A DNA stretch of 32,000 nt from Methanothermobacter thermautotrophicus str. Delta H. Its GTDB lineage: Archaea > Methanobacteriota > Methanobacteria > Methanobacteriales > Methanothermobacteraceae. The stretch spans positions 30,001 to 62,000 of the forward strand of contig NC_000916.1 of assembly GCF_000008645.1 (NCBI RefSeq), in the 5' to 3' direction. Every line of letters starts with the position of its first letter. Within the stretch, counting starts at the first letter, position 1. Of the stretch, positions 22,566 through 30,245 are shown in pieces. Position numbers and translations under genes: made by a program. Under the pieces are notes generated by a model, which saw only the letters and a program-made list of their open reading frames with translations, searched no databases and was not told the origin of the DNA.

Positions 22566-23164
22566 CCTCCAGCCTCTCTCAACTTCTTTTCTAGGTAGTT
22601 TTTGAATCCTAGTATGCAGGCTTCTATTGCTTCACGATTCTCATAGGCCAATAGGCTTCCAATAGCCATCCCAGTGCCTATTATAGTGCCTCCATGTTTT
22701 ATGGCGCCCACAACATCCCCATCCTTTAAAGCCTCCTTGAACAGATCCCATTCATCCATCATGAGTTTACCTAAATTATTTATAGCCCTTCCTATATCAT
22801 CAGGGTCTGGGGATGATGGGACATTCACTTGAGGAAGCTCCCCCCAATTTGTAATTCTTTTCTTCCATTCCTTGTCAGGTATTATTTTTGCTAATTCTTG
22901 TATTGGTTGTGTGTCTCCTGTTAGTAGTGTGTAGGTGATGAATGTTGGCAAACCACCAGGTGAAAGTAGCATGCTCATCATCATAGCATCTTCGATGTAT
23001 GGTAGCCATTCAGGATGCTCCATGATAATAATTAGAGCCAGGGTAATAACCAAGCCTAAACCTAGTGTTTCTGGGGCTGAAAGCACACCCAATTCAAGTG
23101 CAGCTGCTTCGGCTGTTGAAACACCAGCAACACCAATAAATTTCCACCAACCACTCCAATTCAA
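22562..23164 (-). CDS. Type-2 C-terminal module, 5'-truncated and frameshifted copy
   Basis: Homologous, with several substitutions and small indels, to the C-terminal ~200 aa of 14435..15385 (..IEHPEWLPYIEDAMM..NYLEKKLREAGG). Upstream, MGAYY(fs)HQQTELAKKLGNEILNWSGWWKF shows a 1-nt deletion, and homology ends at ~23225. Confidence 0.6.
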   Translation of the reverse strand: MNWSGWWKFIGVAGVSTAEAAALELGVLSAPETLGLGLVITLALIIIMEHPEWLPYIEDAMMMSMLLSPGGLPTFITYTLLTGDTQPIQELAKIIPDKEWKKRITNWGELPQVNVPSSPDPDDIGRAINNLGKLMMDEWDLFKEALKDGDVVGAIKHGGTIIGTGMAIGSLLAYENREAIEACILGFKNYLEKKLREAGG

Positions 23165-23297
23165 AATTTCATTCCCAAGTTTTTTGGCTAGTTCTGTTTG
23201 TTGGTGTAGTATGCTCCCATAATATTCCTGTTTTATGTCTATTAAATGAAAAAAACCTTAACATCCCCCTTCATCTTGGCAACATGATAACTCCTCT

Positions 23298-23534
23298 TTA
23301 TGTTCCGAATATAATTAATGCAAGGATTATGGCAATCATCCATCTTATTTCTTCTTTTTTTCCCTTCAACTCATCCACGAAGAAGTGCAACCAGAATAAA
23401 AGGAAATAAATAAACACGGTTAAAAGGGCCGCTATTGGAACCAAACCATTAAAATGCCTAATCCCAACAAAATATAAAATAATATCAACACAAATAAGAA
23501 AATAAACCTTCCCAAACAAAGATTCATAATCCAA
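23298..23534 (-). CDS. Small membrane ORF, family 1 (TTG start)
   Basis: 78 aa. DYESLFG..KEEIRWMIAI. It lies 15 nt after the stub stop at 23550-23552. Confidence 0.55.
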   Translation of the reverse strand: MDYESLFGKVYFLICVDIILYFVGIRHFNGLVPIAALLTVFIYFLLFWLHFFVDELKGKKEEIRWMIAIILALIIFGT

Positions 23535-23549
23535 AAAAGACCCTTCTCA

Positions 23550-23640
23550 CTAACAATATACTGCTTCATCCCACCGTAGAGTACCATCAGGGTTCTTCGG
23601 CATTCCATGTTGTATGCAATGGGATCCTTCATACTGAAGT
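23550..23640 (-). pseudogene. Stub of a cassette 3' end (last ~28 codons only)
   Basis: It reads YEGSHCIQHGMPKNPDGTLRWDEAVYC*, compared with YVGEDHCIHYIEIPKNPDGTLRWDEAVYI*. It abuts the stop of 23629..24045. Confidence 0.6.
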
Positions 23641-24045
23641 ATTGGATTCTTTGATTAAAAGGGTTGCGACTATCAGAGCAAAAATACCTATTAATATTCT
23701 GTCTAAGATTATCATTGTTAAAGCAAAGATGTATGCTAGTATTATGGAGGATTTGGCTAACCATTCCATCTTAAGTTTCCCTATCTTATTTAAGAAGATG
23801 AAAGAGATTATGAGGAATGTGAAAGCCCCCACATCCCCCCCAAGGAAAAAAGATCCAATGGCAAGCAACACACCACCTATAACCCCATATAAGAGAAAAT
23901 CCAACCTCTTTTCCCGTTCTCCTAAACCTCCTAATATCAGTAATATACAACCTATAAATACTAACATAAAAAGTATACAGCCTATGATTATTCTTAAACC
24001 TAACATAGAACCACCCATCCTTTTTCTCCAATCACCCCACCACAA
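23629..24045 (-). CDS. Multi-TM small protein downstream of protein B (candidate immunity-like ORF; likely start at ATG 24018)
   Basis: 4 hydrophobic helices with Gly-rich loops and no paralogue in the window. It is ~130 nt from the protein B stop, so less tightly coupled than the other pairs. Confidence 0.45.
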   Translation of the reverse strand: MWWGDWRKRMGGSMLGLRIIIGCILFMLVFIGCILLILGGLGEREKRLDFLLYGVIGGVLLAIGSFFLGGDVGAFTFLIISFIFLNKIGKLKMEWLAKSSIILAYIFALTMIILDRILIGIFALIVATLLIKESNTSV

Positions 24046-24149
24046 ATCACCTCAAAGCCAAAACCAAACACAACTTAGTAGATCTGCCACTGAAACCAAC
24101 ACCTAGATAATCAGCACATAAAGCTTATCAATCCAAACAAACCACCACC

Positions 24150-26672
24150 TTAAATATATACTGCTTCATCCCACCGTAGAGTACCATCAGGGTCCTTCGG
24201 TATTTCAATATAGTGTATACAATGATCCTCACCAACATAAGCCCTAAGCTCATAACCATGAGCCCATGTACGATGATATGCAATATATTTCCAATATTCC
24301 TCTGGGAGATAATGATCCCTAAAATCGAGTATCCCATTGCCTATAGCCATACACAAACCAACTGGCTGAAGTATTACCCCACCACCAGATTTCGATAATA
24401 CATATATTACTGCTGGAAGCATATATTCAACAAAATCATTTGAAATGTATGTTTGATGTTCCACGATAAATTCTTTGATGCTGCCTGTAATGTTGTTGAG
24501 TTTGGAGTTTATGTAGGCTATTGTTGTTGCGTATGCTGCTATGTTAACTCCTATGAGGCCCTGACCCACCAAGCCATAACTGATGATTTCAACAAAGGTC
24601 ATGGGGTTATGTAGGGCGAGTCGCATTGAAACTATAAGACCCATGAAGGCTTTTCCCACACTATCCCTTAAACCTTCAAGATTTACTGTGCCATTACCAT
24701 CCAAGAGTGACTTTAACCTTTCAGAGGACATTATGGTTCGGCCAAGTTCTTGGGCCCATTCTGTTTGTTGGTGGTAGTAGCAGTATGCTCCCATGAAAGC
24801 ATAGATCATGTCCCTTACTATCCCTGTTGCATGGTCTATGATGAGGTATCTTCCCTGCCCGTCACTGATAAGCGTGTAATTCCCGCTTTCGAGGATGTTT
24901 AGTGACCCGCCGTTGAGGAGTGTTAGGCCTATTCCTGTTGTGGGCGCGCTTGTGGGGTCTGATCCTGGGAAGAGGGCCTCCATCACATAGTATTCTATTG
25001 GATTTATAGCTGATGTTCTCGCATAATTGAATGCTTTAATGTTTTCGGGTGTGCCTTCTGCTTTCACGGCCATGTTGTGGTTGCATTCGAGGCTTATCCA
25101 TGTCCCTGGGCTGTGGTCTCCTGCTGAGACCATCACTGGCATGGTCCTGGTCCATGTTACATTATAGCGCGTGGCTGCTTCTTCTGCGATGAGATCGTGG
25201 AGGTATATTACTTCAAGGCCTGTTAGGAATGTTCCGTGGGCTGCCTTTAATGGTCCGGGCTCGTATGTCCTGTTTAGCCACTTTTGTAATGTCTGGTTTG
25301 TTATCTTCCCTGTGGCGAGGGTGTAGGTTATGATGGCGTCGTAGTTGCTAGCCTCCCAGATGAGAGTGTCGTTTATTATGATATTGGGTCCTGTTTCTCC
25401 TGGTGGGTGTATGTATTGGCCGTTTGTGTAGAGTAGGAGGAGTGTTCTTGTTGATTTGTTCCCTGGGAATGTTATATTGGCTATTGTCACCTTTTCCTCG
25501 CCGGGATACTCCACACTGACCTGTAAAGGGTCTATGCACTTGTTATAGTTTGTGAGTATGAATATCTTTTCTGCCTGGGTTAAATTGAAGTTGTTGAGAT
25601 ATTCATTCACTTGAGGTTCTGCTCCGAGTTTTGTGTAAATTTCTATGAGTCTGTTCAGGCCAGCTATGACTTGCCAGACTATTTCTCTTTGACTCTGGCT
25701 GTTAGCCTGGTAGAATGGGTTAGTGACCTCGGCTAGTTTGTATGCTATGCCATCCTCCACAAGGAATATTGTTTCATTGAATAGGCCCGAAGATATAGCC
25801 CCTATACTAATCCATTTAACCGTGTCATTGAGCGGAATTTTAAATGTTAAATTTAGGGGCTTCCCAGAGGATGTTGCCGTGGAATTAACATGGACCGTTG
25901 CAAGCATAACCTCCAATGTAATAGTCTTCGTGTCTGTTATGCCATAGCCTTGGACTGTTAGGGTTACTTTGTAGGTTCCTGGTTTGTAGGCGTGTACTGG
26001 ATTCTTCTGGGTGCTTGTGCTTTGGTCTCCGAAGTCCCATTTGTAGTATTGTATTGTCCCTGTACTTTTATCCTGGAATTGGACATTATAGCCTTGTATT
26101 GTGTAGGTGTAGTCTGCCCTTGGCCTTACTATAATTCCACCCTTACCTGTAACATATTCTACTGTTACATAGTTTGGTAGTCTTCCTGTGCTGTTGTAGA
26201 AGTTTATTATCCTTGCATTGGCATATATTAGGCTTTCTGGGCGGACTTGTCCAATGGCTGTGCTGGCATAATTCGGCGACCTCCCATAGGATTCCATGAA
26301 AGCCTTAACATTCTTTGCCACCTGCAAGTATCCTGCTTTTTGGAGTGTTCCTGTTCCTGTTCCACTTGGACTGGGCGGGGAGGCCATACTATTGAATGAC
26401 AAGCCAACTCTCCTACCCTGATCGAGGTTTATGATGGTTGAGGATGAGGCGTAGAGGTAGTCGTCTGCCGACACATTCTTACCGTTAATCACAACCTGTG
26501 ATGGTATTTTTTCATGTTGTGCAGTGTAGTTTCCGATCAGCTTTGAAACGTCACAAATCTCATCATAGGATAAACTCACAGCTGAAGAACTGCCCAAAAG
26601 ACAGAAACAAGAGAGGATTGCCAGAAGAAACAATAACCTCCTCACAGCCACCACCATAATATGATAACACAT
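24150..26672 (-). CDS. Large secreted protein B: same N-terminal 640 aa as protein A, different C-terminal core (polymorphic-toxin-like)
   Basis: 840-aa ORF. From ..TEWA it diverges: QELGRTIMSSERLKSLL..SNDFVEYMLPAVIYVLSKSGGGVILQPVGLCMAIGNGILDFRDHYLPEEYWKYIAYHRTWAHGYELRAYVGEDHCIHYIEIPKDPDGTLRWDEAVYI. Confidence 0.7.
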   Translation of the reverse strand: MCYHIMVVAVRRLLFLLAILSCFCLLGSSSAVSLSYDEICDVSKLIGNYTAQHEKIPSQVVINGKNVSADDYLYASSSTIINLDQGRRVGLSFNSMASPPSPSGTGTGTLQKAGYLQVAKNVKAFMESYGRSPNYASTAIGQVRPESLIYANARIINFYNSTGRLPNYVTVEYVTGKGGIIVRPRADYTYTIQGYNVQFQDKSTGTIQYYKWDFGDQSTSTQKNPVHAYKPGTYKVTLTVQGYGITDTKTITLEVMLATVHVNSTATSSGKPLNLTFKIPLNDTVKWISIGAISSGLFNETIFLVEDGIAYKLAEVTNPFYQANSQSQREIVWQVIAGLNRLIEIYTKLGAEPQVNEYLNNFNLTQAEKIFILTNYNKCIDPLQVSVEYPGEEKVTIANITFPGNKSTRTLLLLYTNGQYIHPPGETGPNIIINDTLIWEASNYDAIITYTLATGKITNQTLQKWLNRTYEPGPLKAAHGTFLTGLEVIYLHDLIAEEAATRYNVTWTRTMPVMVSAGDHSPGTWISLECNHNMAVKAEGTPENIKAFNYARTSAINPIEYYVMEALFPGSDPTSAPTTGIGLTLLNGGSLNILESGNYTLISDGQGRYLIIDHATGIVRDMIYAFMGAYCYYHQQTEWAQELGRTIMSSERLKSLLDGNGTVNLEGLRDSVGKAFMGLIVSMRLALHNPMTFVEIISYGLVGQGLIGVNIAAYATTIAYINSKLNNITGSIKEFIVEHQTYISNDFVEYMLPAVIYVLSKSGGGVILQPVGLCMAIGNGILDFRDHYLPEEYWKYIAYHRTWAHGYELRAYVGEDHCIHYIEIPKDPDGTLRWDEAVYI
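24753..26606. repeat. Long direct repeat, copy 2 (partner 16252-18105)
   Basis: See copy 1. Confidence 0.85.
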
Positions 26673-26724
26673 TATAGTATAAAAAGATTACTATCTCTTT
26701 TAGGGACCGAAAAATATAAATATG
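26673..26724 (-). promoter_or_regulatory. Conserved promoter region of protein B
   Basis: Nearly identical to 18172-18222, with the same TATA-like elements. Confidence 0.4.
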
Positions 26725-27203
26725 AGGATTTTGGGGGTTGTTTTATTTGTAATGTTGCATGATCATGTTCTCCCTTCATTTTTTTCTGGTGTTCCTTAAC
26801 ATAATTGCCTCTGCTAATCTGTACGTTGTTGTTCCATTTTTTTACCTGCAGCCCCTGTAACTGTAATACCGACTCCAGAAACAGCTCACCCCAAGGATTC
26901 CAACCTAAATAGCTTCCAGATCATTAAATACTCCTAAAGCTATAACACCAAAGCCCAGCAGGTTGAAAAAGTGAAATAATTTTTCATATCTAAAAAAATC
27001 AAAGTTTTGATGTTATGAGGTATCATTCCTATAAATAGGCACAACCACTCCAAATTGCTAATATGCCTCTTCAAGTGTGTAGCCCAACCACCAGGCAACC
27101 ATGCAAGCATCAGAAACAAACCTATTATACAACCCCAACTAAAGTGCCGCCAATTACATATTTTCCAACTTTATGCCAAATTAAGTTTATATATGTCAAA
27201 AGT

Positions 27204-27599
27204 TTATTTCCTTCTTTGTTGATCAAATGTAAGTAAAATTAACGCCGCTATAGCCACTACAGTCATAATAGTTCTTAGTGATAATGGCTGTTGGGTTAAT
27301 ACTACTATATAAAAAAATAAAGCCAAAAATATTGTGTAAAACAAGAGTTTTAATCTTCTTCCAGGACTATTATAAATACTTTGAAGTCTGATGTATCCAT
27401 AGAAAGTTAGTATCATTAACATGAACATTAACAATCTTAACTCTAAATATTGGAAAAAATTAAATTCTATGTATAAAAAAATGCCAAAAAATACCACGCA
27501 CAAAAGTAATGTTATTCTTTTTTCATTTTTTTCACTTATCTCAAACATACTTCTTCCACTCCCTAAAATTAAAATAATAATTAGGTATATGTCCACCAT
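27204..27599 (-). CDS. Multi-TM ORF, family 3 (putative immunity-like partner of cassette K2; likely start at ATG 27548)
   Basis: 4 hydrophobic helices. LTFYGYIRL and ALFFYIVVLTQQPLSLRT parallel LSLYGYRT and ALFLYIILVLQPALNTL of 28390..28758. Confidence 0.5.
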   Translation of the reverse strand: MVDIYLIIILILGSGRSMFEISEKNEKRITLLLCVVFFGIFLYIEFNFFQYLELRLLMFMLMILTFYGYIRLQSIYNSPGRRLKLLFYTIFLALFFYIVVLTQQPLSLRTIMTVVAIAALILLTFDQQRRK

Positions 27600-27808
27600 C
27601 CCTCATTAACATGCGCTGTTCCTATAGTACCTAAGTAAGCTGTCCCTAATAAACCAAAAAACTTACCCACTGGATGATCTGTGTAACCTAGCGTCACACA
27701 AACCCAGGCACACCCATAGTAGACTCTCCACCAGTTAAACTCCTTACCATGCCATTTACCCTTCTTCTTCAACCGGTACTTCCAGTTTTTACCAATGATC
27801 TTTTGCAT
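27581..27808 (-). CDS. Leader+cargo cassette K2 (5'-truncated; frame opens only at ..KVLSREEMQKIIGK)
   Basis: MQKIIGK-NWKYRLKKKGKWHGKEFNWWRVYYGCAWVCVTLGYTDHPVGKFFGLLGTAYLGTIGTAHVNEGWWTYT. ~95 nt appear identical by eye to K1 (27729-27816 vs 28928-29015). Confidence 0.55.
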   Translation of the reverse strand: MQKIIGKNWKYRLKKKGKWHGKEFNWWRVYYGCAWVCVTLGYTDHPVGKFFGLLGTAYLGTIGTAHVNEGWWTYT

Positions 27809-27998
27809 TTCCTCTCTGCTTAGGACTTTTTATCTGCTATGTTCGCGATTTGATCTCTATCCGTGCTTATATGGTCTTTTGCCTTTGACGTTCTTGCATC
27901 TCCCCTAATTTTACTGGTCGTTGATTCTATTAGCTTTTGGATCCCCCTCTTTTGTGCTTGTCAATGTAAAGGTCCGATAGGAAATGCTGGTTGGAGGG

Positions 27999-28211
27999 TC
28001 AAGATGCTTTTGGTTTAATCTTCGCGAATAATCCCAGTGTCATCAATATTAGTGTTATGAAGAAGGATCCGAGGCAAAGGCATATTAGCCAGAAGGGGCT
28101 GAGGCCACCTAATAATGTCCCCGCGGGGCCTTTGACCACAAACTCCACCAGATTCATAATACATAATGTTAGGGCCACCACTATCATATTAACATTTTCT
28201 TCCCCTTTCAT
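27999..28211 (-). CDS. Small 2-TM ORF (uncertain)
   Basis: Hydrophobic 62-70-aa ORF on the island's coding strand. It is preferred over the overlapping plus-strand ORF 27991..28365, which has no recognisable features. Confidence 0.3.
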   Translation of the reverse strand: MKGEENVNMIVVALTLCIMNLVEFVVKGPAGTLLGGLSPFWLICLCLGSFFITLILMTLGLFAKIKPKAS

Positions 28212-28389
28212 GCTGAAATGCGCTATAAAATATCCGGTCAGGACAAAATGTCATCCTAATTCACCTTTGAATAGCAAAGTATTCTCCTCTCATAATGTGG
28301 ACTATAAAATATGCCAACCATATCTCCACTCAAACTGTGGGAATAATGTACAGTTATCCCAGTAGATTCCCAATCCTCAATGGGGGGTC

Positions 28390-28758
28390 CTAAGTCTCTT
28401 TGTTTTTAGTGGCGGTTCTTAGGAAAGTTTTCAGTTGAGGCGCGTTGATTAGGAAGAGTGTTGTCAGTAATCCGATGGCTACATACCAGTTTAAGGTGTT
28501 TAATGCTGGTTGAAGTACCAGTATGATGTAGAGGAAGAGTGCTGTGAGGACCGTCTCAACAAAAACTTTAAGCTGCCATTTATTGTGTCGATTTGAAGTT
28601 CTATAACCATAGAGGGAGAGCATGGCAAGCATCATCAGAAAAACCATTAACTCCGAGGCTCCATGGACATCAAACACATAAAGGAATGAAATTACCATAA
28701 AAACCGTGAATATGCCTAAAAAATATCTCAAATCTCTATTCCTCCTTTCATCAGACAT
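28390..28758 (-). CDS. Multi-TM ORF, family 3 (putative immunity-like partner of cassette K1)
   Basis: 122 aa, 4 hydrophobic helices. RBS AGGAGG lies in the 36-nt gap after the K1 stop. Confidence 0.55.
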   Translation of the reverse strand: MSDERRNRDLRYFLGIFTVFMVISFLYVFDVHGASELMVFLMMLAMLSLYGYRTSNRHNKWQLKVFVETVLTALFLYIILVLQPALNTLNWYVAIGLLTTLFLINAPQLKTFLRTATKNKET

Positions 28759-28794
28759 TATAAAAACCTCCTGAATAAGAAAAATGGTGGTACT

Positions 28795-29067
28795 TTAATA
28801 CCACCACCCACAATGTGTACGATAATAACGCCCTTCTGAGGGTTCAAACATGAGATAAAGGGCGCCAGCTTTGCCCCATGGGCCACCGTACACTGTCCCC
28901 GCAACAGCAGCCCAGTAATAAACTTTCCACCAGTTAAACTCCTTACCATGCCATTTACCCTTCTTCTTCAACCGGTACTTCCAGTTTTTACCAATGATCT
29001 TTTGCATTTCCTCTGTGCTGAGGGGTTCTATTCGCTGTGTTCTCCGCGGTTTTGTTGTAACATCCAT
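28795..29067 (-). CDS. Leader+cargo cassette K1 (has its own ATG): double-glycine-like leader followed by a cationic Trp/Gly-rich core
   Basis: MDVTTKPRRTQRIEPLSTEEMQKIIGK | NWKYRLKKKGKWHGKEFNWWKVYYWAAVAGTVYGGPWGKAGALYLMFEPSEGRYYRTHCGWWY. The junction DNA cctcagcacagaggaaatgca is shared with the C39 gene. Confidence 0.55.
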   Translation of the reverse strand: MDVTTKPRRTQRIEPLSTEEMQKIIGKNWKYRLKKKGKWHGKEFNWWKVYYWAAVAGTVYGGPWGKAGALYLMFEPSEGRYYRTHCGWWY

Positions 29068-29127
29068 GTTTATTCATCTTAGATGTTTAAGATCTGGGCT
29101 TCCATTTTGTTTTTTGTTCGCTGTATT

Positions 29128-29583
29128 TTAATAATGCTTTTGATGGCTTTTCTCAGTCTTTGGATCAGTTACTGGTCTTTTGATGATTAGCACTGTAAAG
29201 ACGATATATGCGGCGGCGGTTACTGTAAGCGCGACGCATGTGGCCCCCACAACATTTTTGTTGATGGGTGTTTTTGTGAGGATGGCATTTGTTAAACCTA
29301 TGAGGTTGAATCCCAGTGTGAACAGCGCGCTGATCAGTAGTGTCCTGGTAAGGCAATGATCATAGCATCCACCAAGACCTTTGATAACCCTATTCAAACC
29401 GGTCATGTACAGTATAACCATGACATCTAAAATGAGGATATAAGCTGCTGAATTAATAGCGTTTCCTGAGACAATATAGAAGAATGGGGCCAGCTCATCC
29501 CCCTGCATCCACCCTGATAAAACTACAGCCGCGCTTATGGCAAAAACCGCCAGCAACGTTAATATAAACATTTTATCTTTCAT
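29128..29583 (-). CDS. 4-TM ORF directly downstream of the C39-cargo gene (putative immunity-like)
   Basis: 151 aa. RBS GAGGAG lies 8 nt upstream of the ATG, in a 36-nt gap after the upstream stop. Confidence 0.55.
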   Translation of the reverse strand: MKDKMFILTLLAVFAISAAVVLSGWMQGDELAPFFYIVSGNAINSAAYILILDVMVILYMTGLNRVIKGLGGCYDHCLTRTLLISALFTLGFNLIGLTNAILTKTPINKNVVGATCVALTVTAAAYIVFTVLIIKRPVTDPKTEKSHQKHY

Positions 29584-29619
29584 AATTTTTCTCCTCTTTT
29601 AAAATAATTGGTTGGATGG

Positions 29620-30189
29620 TTAGTATTCTACATAATGTATACAGTGATCACGCCCCAAGTATGCTTTCACTCTTTTATTTGGCGGGTGATATGCACAGTA
29701 TTTCCAGTACTTTCGCGGCACATACTTATCCCTGACAGTGACTATTATATTACCCAAACCATATAATGTAATAGGAAGCCACCACAACTTGCCTCTAATG
29801 TTCTGCATTTCCTCTGTGCTGAGGATTTTAGCTGAGTCTGTGCCTTGTATTGGCTGATCTGTTGAGATATTCATTGGATTCATTTCATGTTCTGTCTGGT
29901 TGTCTGATGCCGTTCTGTTTTCCATTGCTTCTGTGTTATCACTGCTCTTGATTATGAGGGCGTATCCTGTGTAGATTTCTTGGAATTCTTCCAGTGACAT
30001 TTCTATGTTTCCCATGGTGGGGTCTGCTAGTTTAACGGTTTCATTGTTGACTTCCCTGATGAGGGTGTAGTGTCCCACACCATCACTCATTGTATATGCG
30101 ATCATGTTCTCGTGGAGTTCTGTGATGTTCAGTTTCATGCCTGTCATGTTAACGCCCTTGGCCTTTGCCGCCTCCAGGAGGCCCTGCAT
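29620..30189 (-). CDS. C39-type cysteine peptidase, C-terminal fragment (His/Asp half) + linker + leader-like motif + cargo with the YWKY..DHCIHY end module
   Basis: The frame is open upstream to ~30290 (GINTTEDELADLAGTTEEGTT-MQGLLEAAKAKGVNMTG..). VGHYTLIREVNNETVKLADPTMGNIEMSLEEFQEIYTGYALII follows the C39 His/Asp layout. Next comes ..ILSTEEMQNIRGK-LWWLPITLYGLGNIIVTVRDKYVPRKYWKYCAYHPPNKRVKAYLGRDHCIHYVEY. Confidence 0.75.
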   Translation of the reverse strand: MQGLLEAAKAKGVNMTGMKLNITELHENMIAYTMSDGVGHYTLIREVNNETVKLADPTMGNIEMSLEEFQEIYTGYALIIKSSDNTEAMENRTASDNQTEHEMNPMNISTDQPIQGTDSAKILSTEEMQNIRGKLWWLPITLYGLGNIIVTVRDKYVPRKYWKYCAYHPPNKRVKAYLGRDHCIHYVEY

Positions 30190-30245
30190 TGTTGTACCCT
30201 CTTCTGTGGTGCCGGCGAGGTCTGCGAGTTCATCCTCGGTTGTGT

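Noticed and set aside
26725-27203. Short hydrophobic and Trp/Gly-containing reading fragments on the minus strand (e.g. ..KVGKYVIGGTLVGVV**, ..NWRHFSWGCIIGLFLMLACLPGGW..) that might be another decayed cargo/immunity pair.
   Set aside because: All frames are interrupted by stops within <70 codons. Similarity to K1/K2 is too weak to call by eye.
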